Shown: piece after piece, positions 9,435-18,731 of the stretch
How positions within the stretch are numbered: position 1 is the first letter of the stretch
Layout of the letters: each line of letters opens with the position of its first letter
Assembly: GCA_903944345.1 (NCBI GenBank)
Contig: CAJARJ010000011.1
Span: 3,460-67,459, forward strand
Direction: 5' to 3'
Length of the DNA: 64,000 nt
Source of the DNA: Candidatus Omnitrophota bacterium
GTDB taxonomy: Bacteria > Omnitrophota > Gorgyraeia > Zapsychrales > Fredricksoniimonadaceae
Notes under the pieces: model-generated
What the model saw: the letters and a program-made list of their open reading frames with translations, nothing else
What the model was told of the DNA's origin: nothing
Databases searched by the model: none
Position numbers and translations under genes: made by a program

Positions 9435-10460
9435 ACGAACTCTCTCTCCAATAAACTCAAAATAAGGAGAAAGCACATCCTCTTCAGGAAAAACCTCGGG
9501 AGCAATCCGAAAAAAAAGTTTTTTGAAATCCTCCAAATGATAATCCAGTATCGTCAAATCCGTATCATAACGACTGGAACGCACCTGATTGTGCATGCAA
9601 AAAAAATAACGAGCGCTTGAGAAAACCCGTGAACGAAAATAATATTCAAACCACTCCCGGGACATCTCCCCCAACGAAGAAATTCCGCTGAAAACATCAA
9701 CTGACCCTGTTTGCAGCCGCTCATAAAGAAACGGCGGCAACAGAATAAAATCATGCGCCAGAATAAAATCACGATCAATTGACTCCAGCGCTGCTATCGT
9801 CTGATAGGAAGCAATCTTCGCCTCCGGAAAATGTGTTTGCAAGTAATAATGCGCCAGCGCCAAAGGCTCGGGAAAGTCCAGCAACACCTGAGAACAACAA
9901 GGATTATCTCTTTTTATCAAGGCAGAGAAATATCCATAATTCCCTCCAACATCCATCAAGGTAAAATTCTCCTCCAGCCCTGGCAAAACATAATGCCGGA
10001 ATAGCAGCAAAAAATAGACCCGAATCAGCCATTTCTTTGTAAATGTATACCCGTTATAGAAAAACAATATCGGGCCTCCCACATCATCACAGGGATAGTC
10101 ACGCAAAAGATCAAGAACACCAACTCCTCCAAGACAGACCTCTTTGCAAGCCTTGTAAAGAAGCAAAAGCTCCTTGCGCTCCTGCGGCAATATTTTATCT
10201 GCATTACGAGATCCCAACGGATTATGCCGGGAAGGGATATCCGCAATAAATATCTCCAGATTGCGAAAATTTCTTACTGCCTCACGATTCAAAGTCCCGT
10301 CAGGAGAAACAAATTTATCTGCCCGGGGATAAACCTGGGCCTCCGATGTCCCACCAAGATAAAGTTCCGGCTGCGAGCAAAGAAATTCTTTTTGCATACG
10401 CAAATCCTGCTCAATAAGGCCAAACAGGAATTGCTCTCTGTTCGACAAAACCATACCCAT
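9432..10460 (-). CDS. Putative sugar O-methyltransferase (SAM-dependent)
   Basis: Motif I LMDVGGNYG, LLDFPEPL, SSLGEM..EWFEYY pattern typical of the putative sugar O-methyltransferase family. Confidence 0.7.
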   Translation of the reverse strand: MGMVLSNREQFLFGLIEQDLRMQKEFLCSQPELYLGGTSEAQVYPRADKFVSPDGTLNREAVRNFRNLEIFIADIPSRHNPLGSRNADKILPQERKELLLLYKACKEVCLGGVGVLDLLRDYPCDDVGGPILFFYNGYTFTKKWLIRVYFLLLFRHYVLPGLEENFTLMDVGGNYGYFSALIKRDNPCCSQVLLDFPEPLALAHYYLQTHFPEAKIASYQTIAALESIDRDFILAHDFILLPPFLYERLQTGSVDVFSGISSLGEMSREWFEYYFRSRVFSSARYFFCMHNQVRSSRYDTDLTILDYHLEDFKKLFFRIAPEVFPEEDVLSPYFEFIGERVR

Positions 10461-10495
10461 CCTTTCCAGAAGTTATGACAAATTGGGATCCCAAA

Positions 10496-11374
10496 TCAAC
10501 GCCGCATCAGTCTTATTAACCAGAATAAAAACGGCCCGTAGCACAAAAGACAACCGATAAAAAGAAAAGGGGCAAAAGGAACACGAGACTTGATTTCCTT
10601 CATATGCTCGCTCAGTTCATTGACAATTTGTGAGAAAATGGTCAATGGAATCATGCGCAGCAAAAACCTTCCCGCAGCATCCGCCGAAAATATTGTATAC
10701 GAACTAAAGAACTGGAACAAAAGTCCCCCAAGGGCAAAAGTATAAACAAAACATTTAAAAAGCTTTCCGGAAGGATTCAGGGCAAATACCCCGCGATAAA
10801 TAAAGAAGATAATACAAATAACCAAAGGATTCCCCGAAGGTATCCTGAAGAAACCAAAAAGAGGGAAAATGGCCCATGAGATGACGGTTGTTATTTCAAA
10901 CGAATAAATCAGATTTTGTACTGTTTTTAACGAACACACCGCCCTGAAAATATCACGAAAATGAGAAACAACCCCGTCAAAAATCATCGGGAAAAGGAAA
11001 ACCATGCCCGCCAGGAATGTATTAATAAAATGCGCCAGACAAGGAAGCGGCGCTGACCTCTCATAAATATGGGAAGGCATAAGAAGGGCATACACCATAA
11101 AAAGCTTGGCATCCCCCGGTCTCCAGATATTGTTAACAAAAAGCAGAAAGGCCCCCAGCGCCGCTGCCGCAACATTTACAAGAAGAGGCACAGGCTCAAT
11201 GATATGCGCCATAACAGCCCAGACATGCAGAAAAATCCCGGCCAGGGAAGCAACAATAAGGTGAATATTCCTGATCTTGCGTTCCCGGATATCCGTAAAA
11301 GAAGTCATAGCCCCGGTTACAACAAGCAAAACCCAAAGAAGGGCCAAATAAATCCCGTATGGAGCTATTGTCAT
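10496..11374 (-). CDS. A24-family prepilin/preflagellin-type aspartic peptidase (TadV/CpaA- or FlaK-like)
   Basis: Polytopic membrane protein with TDIRERKI and GDAKL catalytic Asp motifs and C-terminal VPFAPFL; start taken at MTIAPYG (alternative 11437). Confidence 0.8.
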   Translation of the reverse strand: MTIAPYGIYLALLWVLLVVTGAMTSFTDIRERKIRNIHLIVASLAGIFLHVWAVMAHIIEPVPLLVNVAAAALGAFLLFVNNIWRPGDAKLFMVYALLMPSHIYERSAPLPCLAHFINTFLAGMVFLFPMIFDGVVSHFRDIFRAVCSLKTVQNLIYSFEITTVISWAIFPLFGFFRIPSGNPLVICIIFFIYRGVFALNPSGKLFKCFVYTFALGGLLFQFFSSYTIFSADAAGRFLLRMIPLTIFSQIVNELSEHMKEIKSRVPFAPFLFIGCLLCYGPFLFWLIRLMRR

Positions 11375-11457
11375 GAAAAGACCCTGGAAGATTATTTCAA
11401 ACCTACGTGCAACTGTTGAACTATATTGTCCGGCCACAGGATGATCCGGAGTTCTAT

Positions 11458-11509
11458 AAAAAATGAACGCGCGACAGGTCTATCATAATGCATCCTGTAC
11501 GCGCGTTCA
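11458..11509 (-). terminator. Intrinsic terminator downstream of 11530..14274
   Basis: TGAACGCGCGACAGG (11464-11478) / CCTGTACGCGCGTTCA (11494-11509) stem followed by a U-run on the minus strand. Confidence 0.6.
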
Positions 11510-11529
11510 ATTATTCACTTGCCTAAAAA

Positions 11530-14274
11530 TCAGCGAAGAATACCGCTCTCCAACGGACGAATAAACTCGATTCGAACCTTCAAACCTTCCAGCCTGATTC
11601 CGGAGAAGTCCTGCTCTGACACCGGAAGAGGAATGCCTTCTCCATCACGCTGGATCTGCATATCAAGATGTTTCTGGGCCAGATCGATACCACCAACCTC
11701 ATCACTTCGGACAGGGATTGCAGATGCATCGGCGGCTGCCGCAGCAAACTCATTACGATAAGCCTCAACCCTGGCAATAACCCCATCAAGTTCATCAGCA
11801 CTCTCAATATCTCCTGCCGGAATATCAAAGTCGATCCACTGGGTGCGAGGAATATGTACCCCCAGATACAAACGCTCAGCATCAAGTCTCATGGTAAGAT
11901 CTGACGCTTGCTTACGGGCCAAGGCGAGAAAATCATCCATTAACTTTATTCGGGCTTCTCTAAGGGTACCGTCCAACAGGCGCGCCACGCCACCCCAACC
12001 CAAATCAGTCAACCGGGACAACGCAGGATTAAACAAAGTAACATCCATCAGCTTGCGATTCCGGTAACCGGACTGTGTCACGGCAATCTTGACAAATGTC
12101 ATCCCGCTATAAACTTCAACATCAAAAGCCGTCGCTTTGTAAGGGACAAGCGCAGGGAAAAATGCTTTTAAAAGCGACATCGTCACCCTTTGATCCGGAA
12201 CTATCCTGCCCTCGATGGAAAGCCGCTCCTGTCTGGTGATCTGGCTTGGCCAAACAAAAGTTTTTTCCTGCACAGCCTTAGAGGCAATCTTCTGACGGAA
12301 AGATTCGTCCGCAAGCAACTGATTAAGGTCTTGAACCAGATCTCCTGATTCGACAGGAGTAACATCCAGCTCTGTTTTCAAAACCTCCAGAAGCTCTGTC
12401 GGAGACATTCCTGCTTGCTGAAAGTCTTCCCACTGAAAAAGCGCCAATTCAGGATATATAACATTCTCCAAATGGAACATCTTGCGCCCCGGCGCAAGCA
12501 TCATCTCCTGATCAGCAGAAATAACCCCCGTCAAAGACTGAAGGATTTCCGGTTTCTCCATGGCAGCAACGCTGATTTCTGTCCTCTGGACAGAAGAATC
12601 CCCCTCGGCCAGCAGCTCTAACCCTCTGGTATGCTGCTCCAGCATTGCGAGCAAAGACTGCGGAGTCACCTCAGCACCCGCAGGAAAACGCACATCAAAG
12701 GCATTCCCGTCCTGCGGAACAACCCGAAGAACAGGAATATTGCTCTGCATTTCGATGGTATAGCGAACAGACCTGTCGTTATCCTTAAGCTGTTGCAACA
12801 ACGCCGCAAGCCTGTCAGTCTGCAGACGCAATACCATGGCACGCAAAAAACTGACCGTATCCGACCAGTTGGCTTTGGCGAGTTCCAGAAACCGGGACTG
12901 ATCAACGCCAAACAGTGTTACTTGCATAAGAGCATCGGAGTCCTTATCGGAGACAACAACCTTCAAATACGGCATCGCTCCTCCGCTACTGATACTTACA
13001 TTATAAATATCCCTGCCTTTGTTTATCTGATATGCAACCATATTTGTGCCGGCATAAGACTTGCGAACCGGATCCTTGCCGGAAAGAACTCCCATAACCC
13101 GGAATAAATCAAGATTATAAATCTGGTTCTCCCGTAACGAAATGCTGAATTGCGCATCATCCACAGCGGAAACCAGTGAAACACGCATATCTTCCAGGCC
13201 AGAAACCTGGGCTTCGTCTGCGGACGAAAGCGCAGAAACGCGCTTGGCCGAATCGATGGCCGCTGTTGCATTGGTCATACCCCCCGAGAAATACTTGCGG
13301 GGAACCGGCTGGGCACCATAACTATCCACATCATCCCGGATCACGTTGTAGGCCCCGGCACGAAACGCCTCCAGATATTTCTGATAAATTTCTTCATTAA
13401 CCCGGGGATCCTGGCGAATTCCGGCCAGTCTTGATTTATCGCCGTAAAGCGACGTCAGTATGCTTTCCCTGAGAGCCTGTTTGTACCATGCCGCCAGGAG
13501 CATCCCGCTGTAAACCTGTCTTAACACCGCAAAATCCTTGCCTTCATTTACTTCCTGTTCAAGCACAGGCAGAATCACTTCCCGCATAACCTCACGGCTT
13601 AACTGTGTCAATTCCGTGTTTGCCGGCTCAAGGACATCCCGGCCCTGTGCGGCAAGGTAATCTGATTCCAGCTGAACCTTCAGCCGGGATTCAAGCACAT
13701 ACACGGCACTGCCCTTCTCATACAACTTTACCGAGTCGGGCGTAATCCACACCCGGTTGAACACATCGGTCGGGATATCCGTTATGGCATACTGGCGGTA
13801 AGCCCGCTCGTAAATTTTTTCCCAGAATTTTTTACCCAGCTCGGTGGAAGGATTACTTAAAGAAGAAGCCGCCTGCTTGAGCAGGTAATCCTGTACCAGC
13901 AAATCACGCCCCATCTCGGTCTGACCAAAGTTGTCGGCAATAATGCGGTCTTTTTCGAAAGGAGAAAGGTTCACCCACTGATCCGTGTCGGGCACTGTGA
14001 CCGAAGCCAGAAAATATCTGATCAAACGGCTGTATTGCTCCTGTTTTTGCGCATCATCCAGGCTAACATCTCCGCTTTGAACAATAAAATCCAGTTTGAA
14101 GGGATCTTTGGCATCAATAACAATCCCTTTAAGAACCGCAGGGCGATCCGTCGGAATGATCATGCCGGGCGAAACAGCAGGCGTTCCTGTCAGCTGAGCA
14201 AAAGCCGCGGAAGGAAGAAAAGTTGTGGAAACAAAACATAACAAAACAAAACAGGCAACAATACGTCGTAACAT
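11530..14274 (-). CDS. Family paralog with internally duplicated unknown cargo domain
   Basis: Signal peptide MLRRIVACF..AFA with SD AAAGGA; N domain to RKYFSGG; LMxVTLF repeat x2; C-term VGGIDL...GL. Confidence 0.88.
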   Translation of the reverse strand: MLRRIVACFVLLCFVSTTFLPSAAFAQLTGTPAVSPGMIIPTDRPAVLKGIVIDAKDPFKLDFIVQSGDVSLDDAQKQEQYSRLIRYFLASVTVPDTDQWVNLSPFEKDRIIADNFGQTEMGRDLLVQDYLLKQAASSLSNPSTELGKKFWEKIYERAYRQYAITDIPTDVFNRVWITPDSVKLYEKGSAVYVLESRLKVQLESDYLAAQGRDVLEPANTELTQLSREVMREVILPVLEQEVNEGKDFAVLRQVYSGMLLAAWYKQALRESILTSLYGDKSRLAGIRQDPRVNEEIYQKYLEAFRAGAYNVIRDDVDSYGAQPVPRKYFSGGMTNATAAIDSAKRVSALSSADEAQVSGLEDMRVSLVSAVDDAQFSISLRENQIYNLDLFRVMGVLSGKDPVRKSYAGTNMVAYQINKGRDIYNVSISSGGAMPYLKVVVSDKDSDALMQVTLFGVDQSRFLELAKANWSDTVSFLRAMVLRLQTDRLAALLQQLKDNDRSVRYTIEMQSNIPVLRVVPQDGNAFDVRFPAGAEVTPQSLLAMLEQHTRGLELLAEGDSSVQRTEISVAAMEKPEILQSLTGVISADQEMMLAPGRKMFHLENVIYPELALFQWEDFQQAGMSPTELLEVLKTELDVTPVESGDLVQDLNQLLADESFRQKIASKAVQEKTFVWPSQITRQERLSIEGRIVPDQRVTMSLLKAFFPALVPYKATAFDVEVYSGMTFVKIAVTQSGYRNRKLMDVTLFNPALSRLTDLGWGGVARLLDGTLREARIKLMDDFLALARKQASDLTMRLDAERLYLGVHIPRTQWIDFDIPAGDIESADELDGVIARVEAYRNEFAAAAADASAIPVRSDEVGGIDLAQKHLDMQIQRDGEGIPLPVSEQDFSGIRLEGLKVRIEFIRPLESGILR

Positions 14275-14487
14275 GAACAGTCCTTTTCTTACAGAGTAAA
14301 ATCCGCCCCTCGCGTGTCGGGCCCGGACCGGATTAAACAACCAGGACAGAGAAGCCGATAAAGACTCTCTGCTATTCTATAATTTATTTGATTCGAAAGA
14401 TTCTAGCAGAATTGTCATAAAAAGTCAATTATGGCAATAAATGCAAGTTTTTGCAAAAACACTGGTCAACGATGCTGCAGGTAAGGG

Positions 14488-17400
14488 TTAGTTTGGAGTC
14501 AAGCCCAAAACAACTGAAAGCCGCGCGACCGGAGTCACTTCAAGAATGACGGGAGAAAGCCCATAAAAATCGCCCCGGAAGGCGCTCTGCAAAGCATCAA
14601 AACTGAAGGAAACCCGGCCTGGGTTGCGCTGACCGGACAGGACGATATCCTTGATGTCAATACCGCCAACAGGCTCCTGCGCCTGGTCTACCCCGTCGGG
14701 AATAGCCTGAACAATGCCTCCCGGAAGAATACCGTATTCCATAAGAACACGGAACACTTCCGAAACACTCCAGGCCTGGGAAGGCGTCCCGCCCGCAGAA
14801 CGCTGGCCATTTTCCCTAGGTTCGGCATCATAAACTTCCGCAATCGACCCTGTTGCCAGGAAATCCCGCACCAGCGGATCAAGCACCGCCGAGATTTCTC
14901 TTTTTATATCTTCATCCGGCCTGTTTTGCGCGCGCAAAACCTTGGCCAAAGCATCAACATACCCACCAATAAGCCATGGCCAAACCGTCCCCTGATGATA
15001 CGCATAATCTTTATGCCAATGGAAATCAGGATGTCCGGGAGAAGGCTGAAAAGATGTGTCATAACGCGGCCTGTAATGGGAATCCCTGGGGTCCAGCGTA
15101 CGCAGCCCCTTGTCGGTAAGAAGCCTTCGAGTCACCGCATCCACGACCTGCTTTTGTCTTTCAAAAGAAAGCAAATCCTCACCATGACTGACCGCAAAAA
15201 TCATGTTGGGCCGCACGGCGCCACCATGTGAATCCCCCTCGATCACATCAAAAAGTAAATTCTCAGGCTCATCAACATCTGCAGAAACCGGACGATCATT
15301 CCAGAACTTCTTGTTAAAACTGCTCTTGACCTTGAGCAACAAAGCCTGCAGCCTTGAGGCTTCAACCTCAACATCTTCGATATTCATCGAAACTTTCATT
15401 TGCTCGGTCAATTGCCCGCCCACCTCCGAGAGAAGACGCACCAGATACCTGAGATTCGCATACCACAAAGCATTGATCTCGACAGCTTTTCCATTGCGCG
15501 GCGTGACCGGCCCCTGTGCATTCGGATCGGCATCCATCCAGGTGGCCTGTGATGGGCTAGAAATCAGGGCATCCGAGGGATCCATGTAAATGCGGTTATA
15601 ATTATTTGCAGGAAAAGCGTTAATATGTTTGGAACGGTCATATCCGACGCCTTTTTCGTAGGCCGTCAGAATAGCACGGACAACCGGAAACATTTCCAGG
15701 GCAAAAGCCTGATCCCCGGAGTATTCAACGTACTTTTTGACCGCCTGGATAAACCACATCGGGCCGTCAACAGTATTGTACTCGTTCCACTCCGGATGAC
15801 GGGAATCTGGAATACGGTTGGGGATCAGTCCGTCTTTCATGAATGAAGCAAAACTGCGAATGACCGCGCGCGCTTCTTCAAAACGCCCGGTTGCAAGCAG
15901 AATACCTGGCAAGGAAATGAAGGTATCCCTCCCCCACTGCTCCAGAAACCATTCACTGGGACGCCCCGCAGCCCATATCTCGACAACAGGCTTCCCATTG
16001 CGCTCGACGTGCTGGACAAAGGAGTCGGCGGTCATGGCCAGGACACCCCGAAGCGCCGCACGCACCTCGACTGAAGCCCCTTCCAGGCTGAAATACCCCC
16101 CCCGATGCAAATCAGGCAGAAGTTCATGCAAACGAAACAAATCCGAAGCCTTGAACCTTGTCCGCGAAAAATAATCCTGATCACCGGGCAAAGGAATACG
16201 GTAACGCCAGGTGGAGTGACCATCAGCTTCTTTTTTGAGCGGCTGCTTATCTCCGTGAATATCTCCCATGGCCAGCGCAAGAAAAGACGAACGGCCCGCA
16301 GTCAGGCTGTCCAGTTCACGCTTGGCAGTCTGAACCTTGCGAATAAACGCCACCGAATTTGCATGATAGTTACGCGGATCATCGTGAGTCGATATACGTT
16401 TGTAAAGACCGTCCATTGGCACAATGCCATGACGTTGTATATCATAAAATGTATTGTTGAAGGCCTCGGCAACAACAAAGGCCTGACGGTCATTAAAGAT
16501 CTTTGCAACCGCAGCCACAAGGGCGTCACCGGGTTCAGCCTCAAGATTATCCTGTCCGATATTATAAGCAAAATGCAAAGCATCAATCCTGGCGCCGTCG
16601 AAACCGAAGTCCAGCCAGAATTGCATCGGATCGGTGATCAACCTGAATTTGTCTTCTTTAAGTTTATCCCAATTCCACAACGCCAGATCACCCCATACCA
16701 CCGGAAGGAAAGACAAGCCCGGGCTTAACCCCTCCTCAAGCCCGCGAAAATATTCCGGAGAGGCTGTAATATCAACACTGTCTTTTCCGCGAAAGAACGG
16801 AATATCAAACAACAGCTTGCCGCCCTCGGCATGAACCTGATCAACTGCTTTCCTGAACTGACGAAAGGCAATCCACTGCCGGAAAAGATGCTGCTGGATA
16901 TTCGACTGCCTGTCACCCGACTCTCTTTCAGCTTTCCAGCGGGCAAAGGTTTGCAGCTTCACCGACAGATTCGGATCCGTTTGAGTCTTCTCCAAAAAAT
17001 CTTTGGCAAGCGAAGTATCCTTACCCAGATGCCTGGACGAAAAAAGCCTCCAGACCTGCAAGGACAAAGCGGCATTACGCTCCCGGACAGAAGGAAAATC
17101 GATCTCGGCAGAAGTCCCGGCAGGAGCTTCAAGGAGATCTTTGACGGAAGCAAGAATAGCCTGTGCATCCTGATCATCCTCGGACATTTCCCGTATAAAA
17201 AGTTCCCAGTCAACCAGATCTTCGTTTAGCGCATATAGATATTCGGGAGCATACGGACTTTCGTGACGAATAGAATAAAACGGCATCAGCTGCATTACAG
17301 AAACACCCTGCGGTATGGCGGTCTCACGATAATATAAGGGAATATCCGAGAATTTGCCAATTCCCGGATCGCCCTGTTGGCGACGCAAAGCCGAAACAGC

Positions 17401-18642
17401 CACTTCTTCAACAATATACTGCCTGTTTTCCTGCTTCCACCAGACAGGCGCTTCGGCTTTGGCAGACTGCGCAGGACTCGCCGCCCAGTCCACGGCAAAC
17501 ACCTGACCTTGTTCTGTTTGAGAAATTTGCGCAGCATCCGCACGCGTTACAGGGATCTGTCCAAACTGCATCCCACCGGCGAAATACTTCCTGGGAATAA
17601 CTTCTCCATCAGGCCCCGGTTCTTCCCGGATGAAATCAAAGATACCTTTTTTATACGCCTGGATATAACGCTGATAAATATCTTCCTTGACCCCCGGCTC
17701 CGGTGCAGTAACCCCCGCCACCTTGTTTTGTCCGGCGTATTTCCGGGCAACAAGGGTTTCCCGGATCTGCTCACGGTACCATTTGCCCAGGATAGCCGCA
17801 TGATAAATCTGCCTGGTCACGGCAAAATTTTTTCCTTCATTGACCTCTTTTTCGATAACCGGAAGGATCACAGAACGCATAATATCCCGAACCAGGGCTT
17901 CGTTAACATTCTCCTGCTGCTGATCGACATTCCCGGCAGAAGCGGTGCGGTCACGGTCAAGCATGACCTTGAGCCGGGCGCCGGTCACATAAACAAGATT
18001 ATCTTTTTCGTAAATTTCGGCCCGATCCGGCATGATCCATATCTTGTTAAAAACATCTACCGGGATATCAGTTGTTCCAAAACGGCTATGCGCCACAGAG
18101 TAGATTTCTTTCCAGAAAGACTTGCCCAGCCCCTTGTCGGGATACACCAGCGAAGCCGCCAGCTGTTTGAGCACATAATCCTGCGCCAGCATATCGCGGC
18201 CAAGAACAGTTTCACCCAGCTGTCCTTCGACAATCCGGTCTTTTTCAAACGGCGAGAGGTTAACCCACAACTGGTTTTCAGGAACGGTAACAACCGCCAA
18301 GAAATACCTGGCCATGCGCTGGCTTTGCTCTGCGATTTCCCCGCGGGCGGGAATTCCATTTCCCGAATCAACAATAAAACGAAAATCCAGCGGACGAGCG
18401 GGATCGACTATAAGCCCTCTGACTAAAGGAGGAACATAACTTTCGGAAACCGCCAGCATATCCCCCGGGCCAGGAAGGGCAGCAATAAAGCCCCCCTGCG
18501 TCCAGGCAACGGAAGAGTCAAATATGAAAAAAAGAAGAGTTACAGCAGCAACAGATTTCTTAAAAAACAGGCGCGGAGAGAATGAAAGTAGAAAAGAATC
18601 AAGCATGTGTTTATTCTTTCGTTCTTTATCATCGTTTGGCAT
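14488..18642 (-). CDS. Family paralog carrying GH77 4-alpha-glucanotransferase-like + amylo-alpha-1,6-glucosidase (GH133/GDE_C) cargo
   Basis: N domain to RKYFAGG; GH77 motifs QLMP..SPY, LLFDIPFF, FDGARID, VVAE, STHD; GDE_C motifs WGRDTFISLPG, GLIPN, YNTVD, TWMDA, TPRNGKAVEINALWY, AYHQGTVWPW, QAWS; C-term VGGID. Confidence 0.9.
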   Translation of the reverse strand: MPNDDKERKNKHMLDSFLLSFSPRLFFKKSVAAVTLLFFIFDSSVAWTQGGFIAALPGPGDMLAVSESYVPPLVRGLIVDPARPLDFRFIVDSGNGIPARGEIAEQSQRMARYFLAVVTVPENQLWVNLSPFEKDRIVEGQLGETVLGRDMLAQDYVLKQLAASLVYPDKGLGKSFWKEIYSVAHSRFGTTDIPVDVFNKIWIMPDRAEIYEKDNLVYVTGARLKVMLDRDRTASAGNVDQQQENVNEALVRDIMRSVILPVIEKEVNEGKNFAVTRQIYHAAILGKWYREQIRETLVARKYAGQNKVAGVTAPEPGVKEDIYQRYIQAYKKGIFDFIREEPGPDGEVIPRKYFAGGMQFGQIPVTRADAAQISQTEQGQVFAVDWAASPAQSAKAEAPVWWKQENRQYIVEEVAVSALRRQQGDPGIGKFSDIPLYYRETAIPQGVSVMQLMPFYSIRHESPYAPEYLYALNEDLVDWELFIREMSEDDQDAQAILASVKDLLEAPAGTSAEIDFPSVRERNAALSLQVWRLFSSRHLGKDTSLAKDFLEKTQTDPNLSVKLQTFARWKAERESGDRQSNIQQHLFRQWIAFRQFRKAVDQVHAEGGKLLFDIPFFRGKDSVDITASPEYFRGLEEGLSPGLSFLPVVWGDLALWNWDKLKEDKFRLITDPMQFWLDFGFDGARIDALHFAYNIGQDNLEAEPGDALVAAVAKIFNDRQAFVVAEAFNNTFYDIQRHGIVPMDGLYKRISTHDDPRNYHANSVAFIRKVQTAKRELDSLTAGRSSFLALAMGDIHGDKQPLKKEADGHSTWRYRIPLPGDQDYFSRTRFKASDLFRLHELLPDLHRGGYFSLEGASVEVRAALRGVLAMTADSFVQHVERNGKPVVEIWAAGRPSEWFLEQWGRDTFISLPGILLATGRFEEARAVIRSFASFMKDGLIPNRIPDSRHPEWNEYNTVDGPMWFIQAVKKYVEYSGDQAFALEMFPVVRAILTAYEKGVGYDRSKHINAFPANNYNRIYMDPSDALISSPSQATWMDADPNAQGPVTPRNGKAVEINALWYANLRYLVRLLSEVGGQLTEQMKVSMNIEDVEVEASRLQALLLKVKSSFNKKFWNDRPVSADVDEPENLLFDVIEGDSHGGAVRPNMIFAVSHGEDLLSFERQKQVVDAVTRRLLTDKGLRTLDPRDSHYRPRYDTSFQPSPGHPDFHWHKDYAYHQGTVWPWLIGGYVDALAKVLRAQNRPDEDIKREISAVLDPLVRDFLATGSIAEVYDAEPRENGQRSAGGTPSQAWSVSEVFRVLMEYGILPGGIVQAIPDGVDQAQEPVGGIDIKDIVLSGQRNPGRVSFSFDALQSAFRGDFYGLSPVILEVTPVARLSVVLGLTPN

Positions 18643-18731
18643 AATTAATTATTATATTGCAGTTAGAGTCATTTACATGCTTGCAATACAATACCTGACA
18701 CAAAAAAAAAGTCAAGCGCCTGCCACCTCAT

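Noticed and set aside
14341-14487. A third copy of the IR element upstream of 14274 (and upstream of 18642)
   Set aside because: Only a short CAGAATTGT match; no extended alignment by eye
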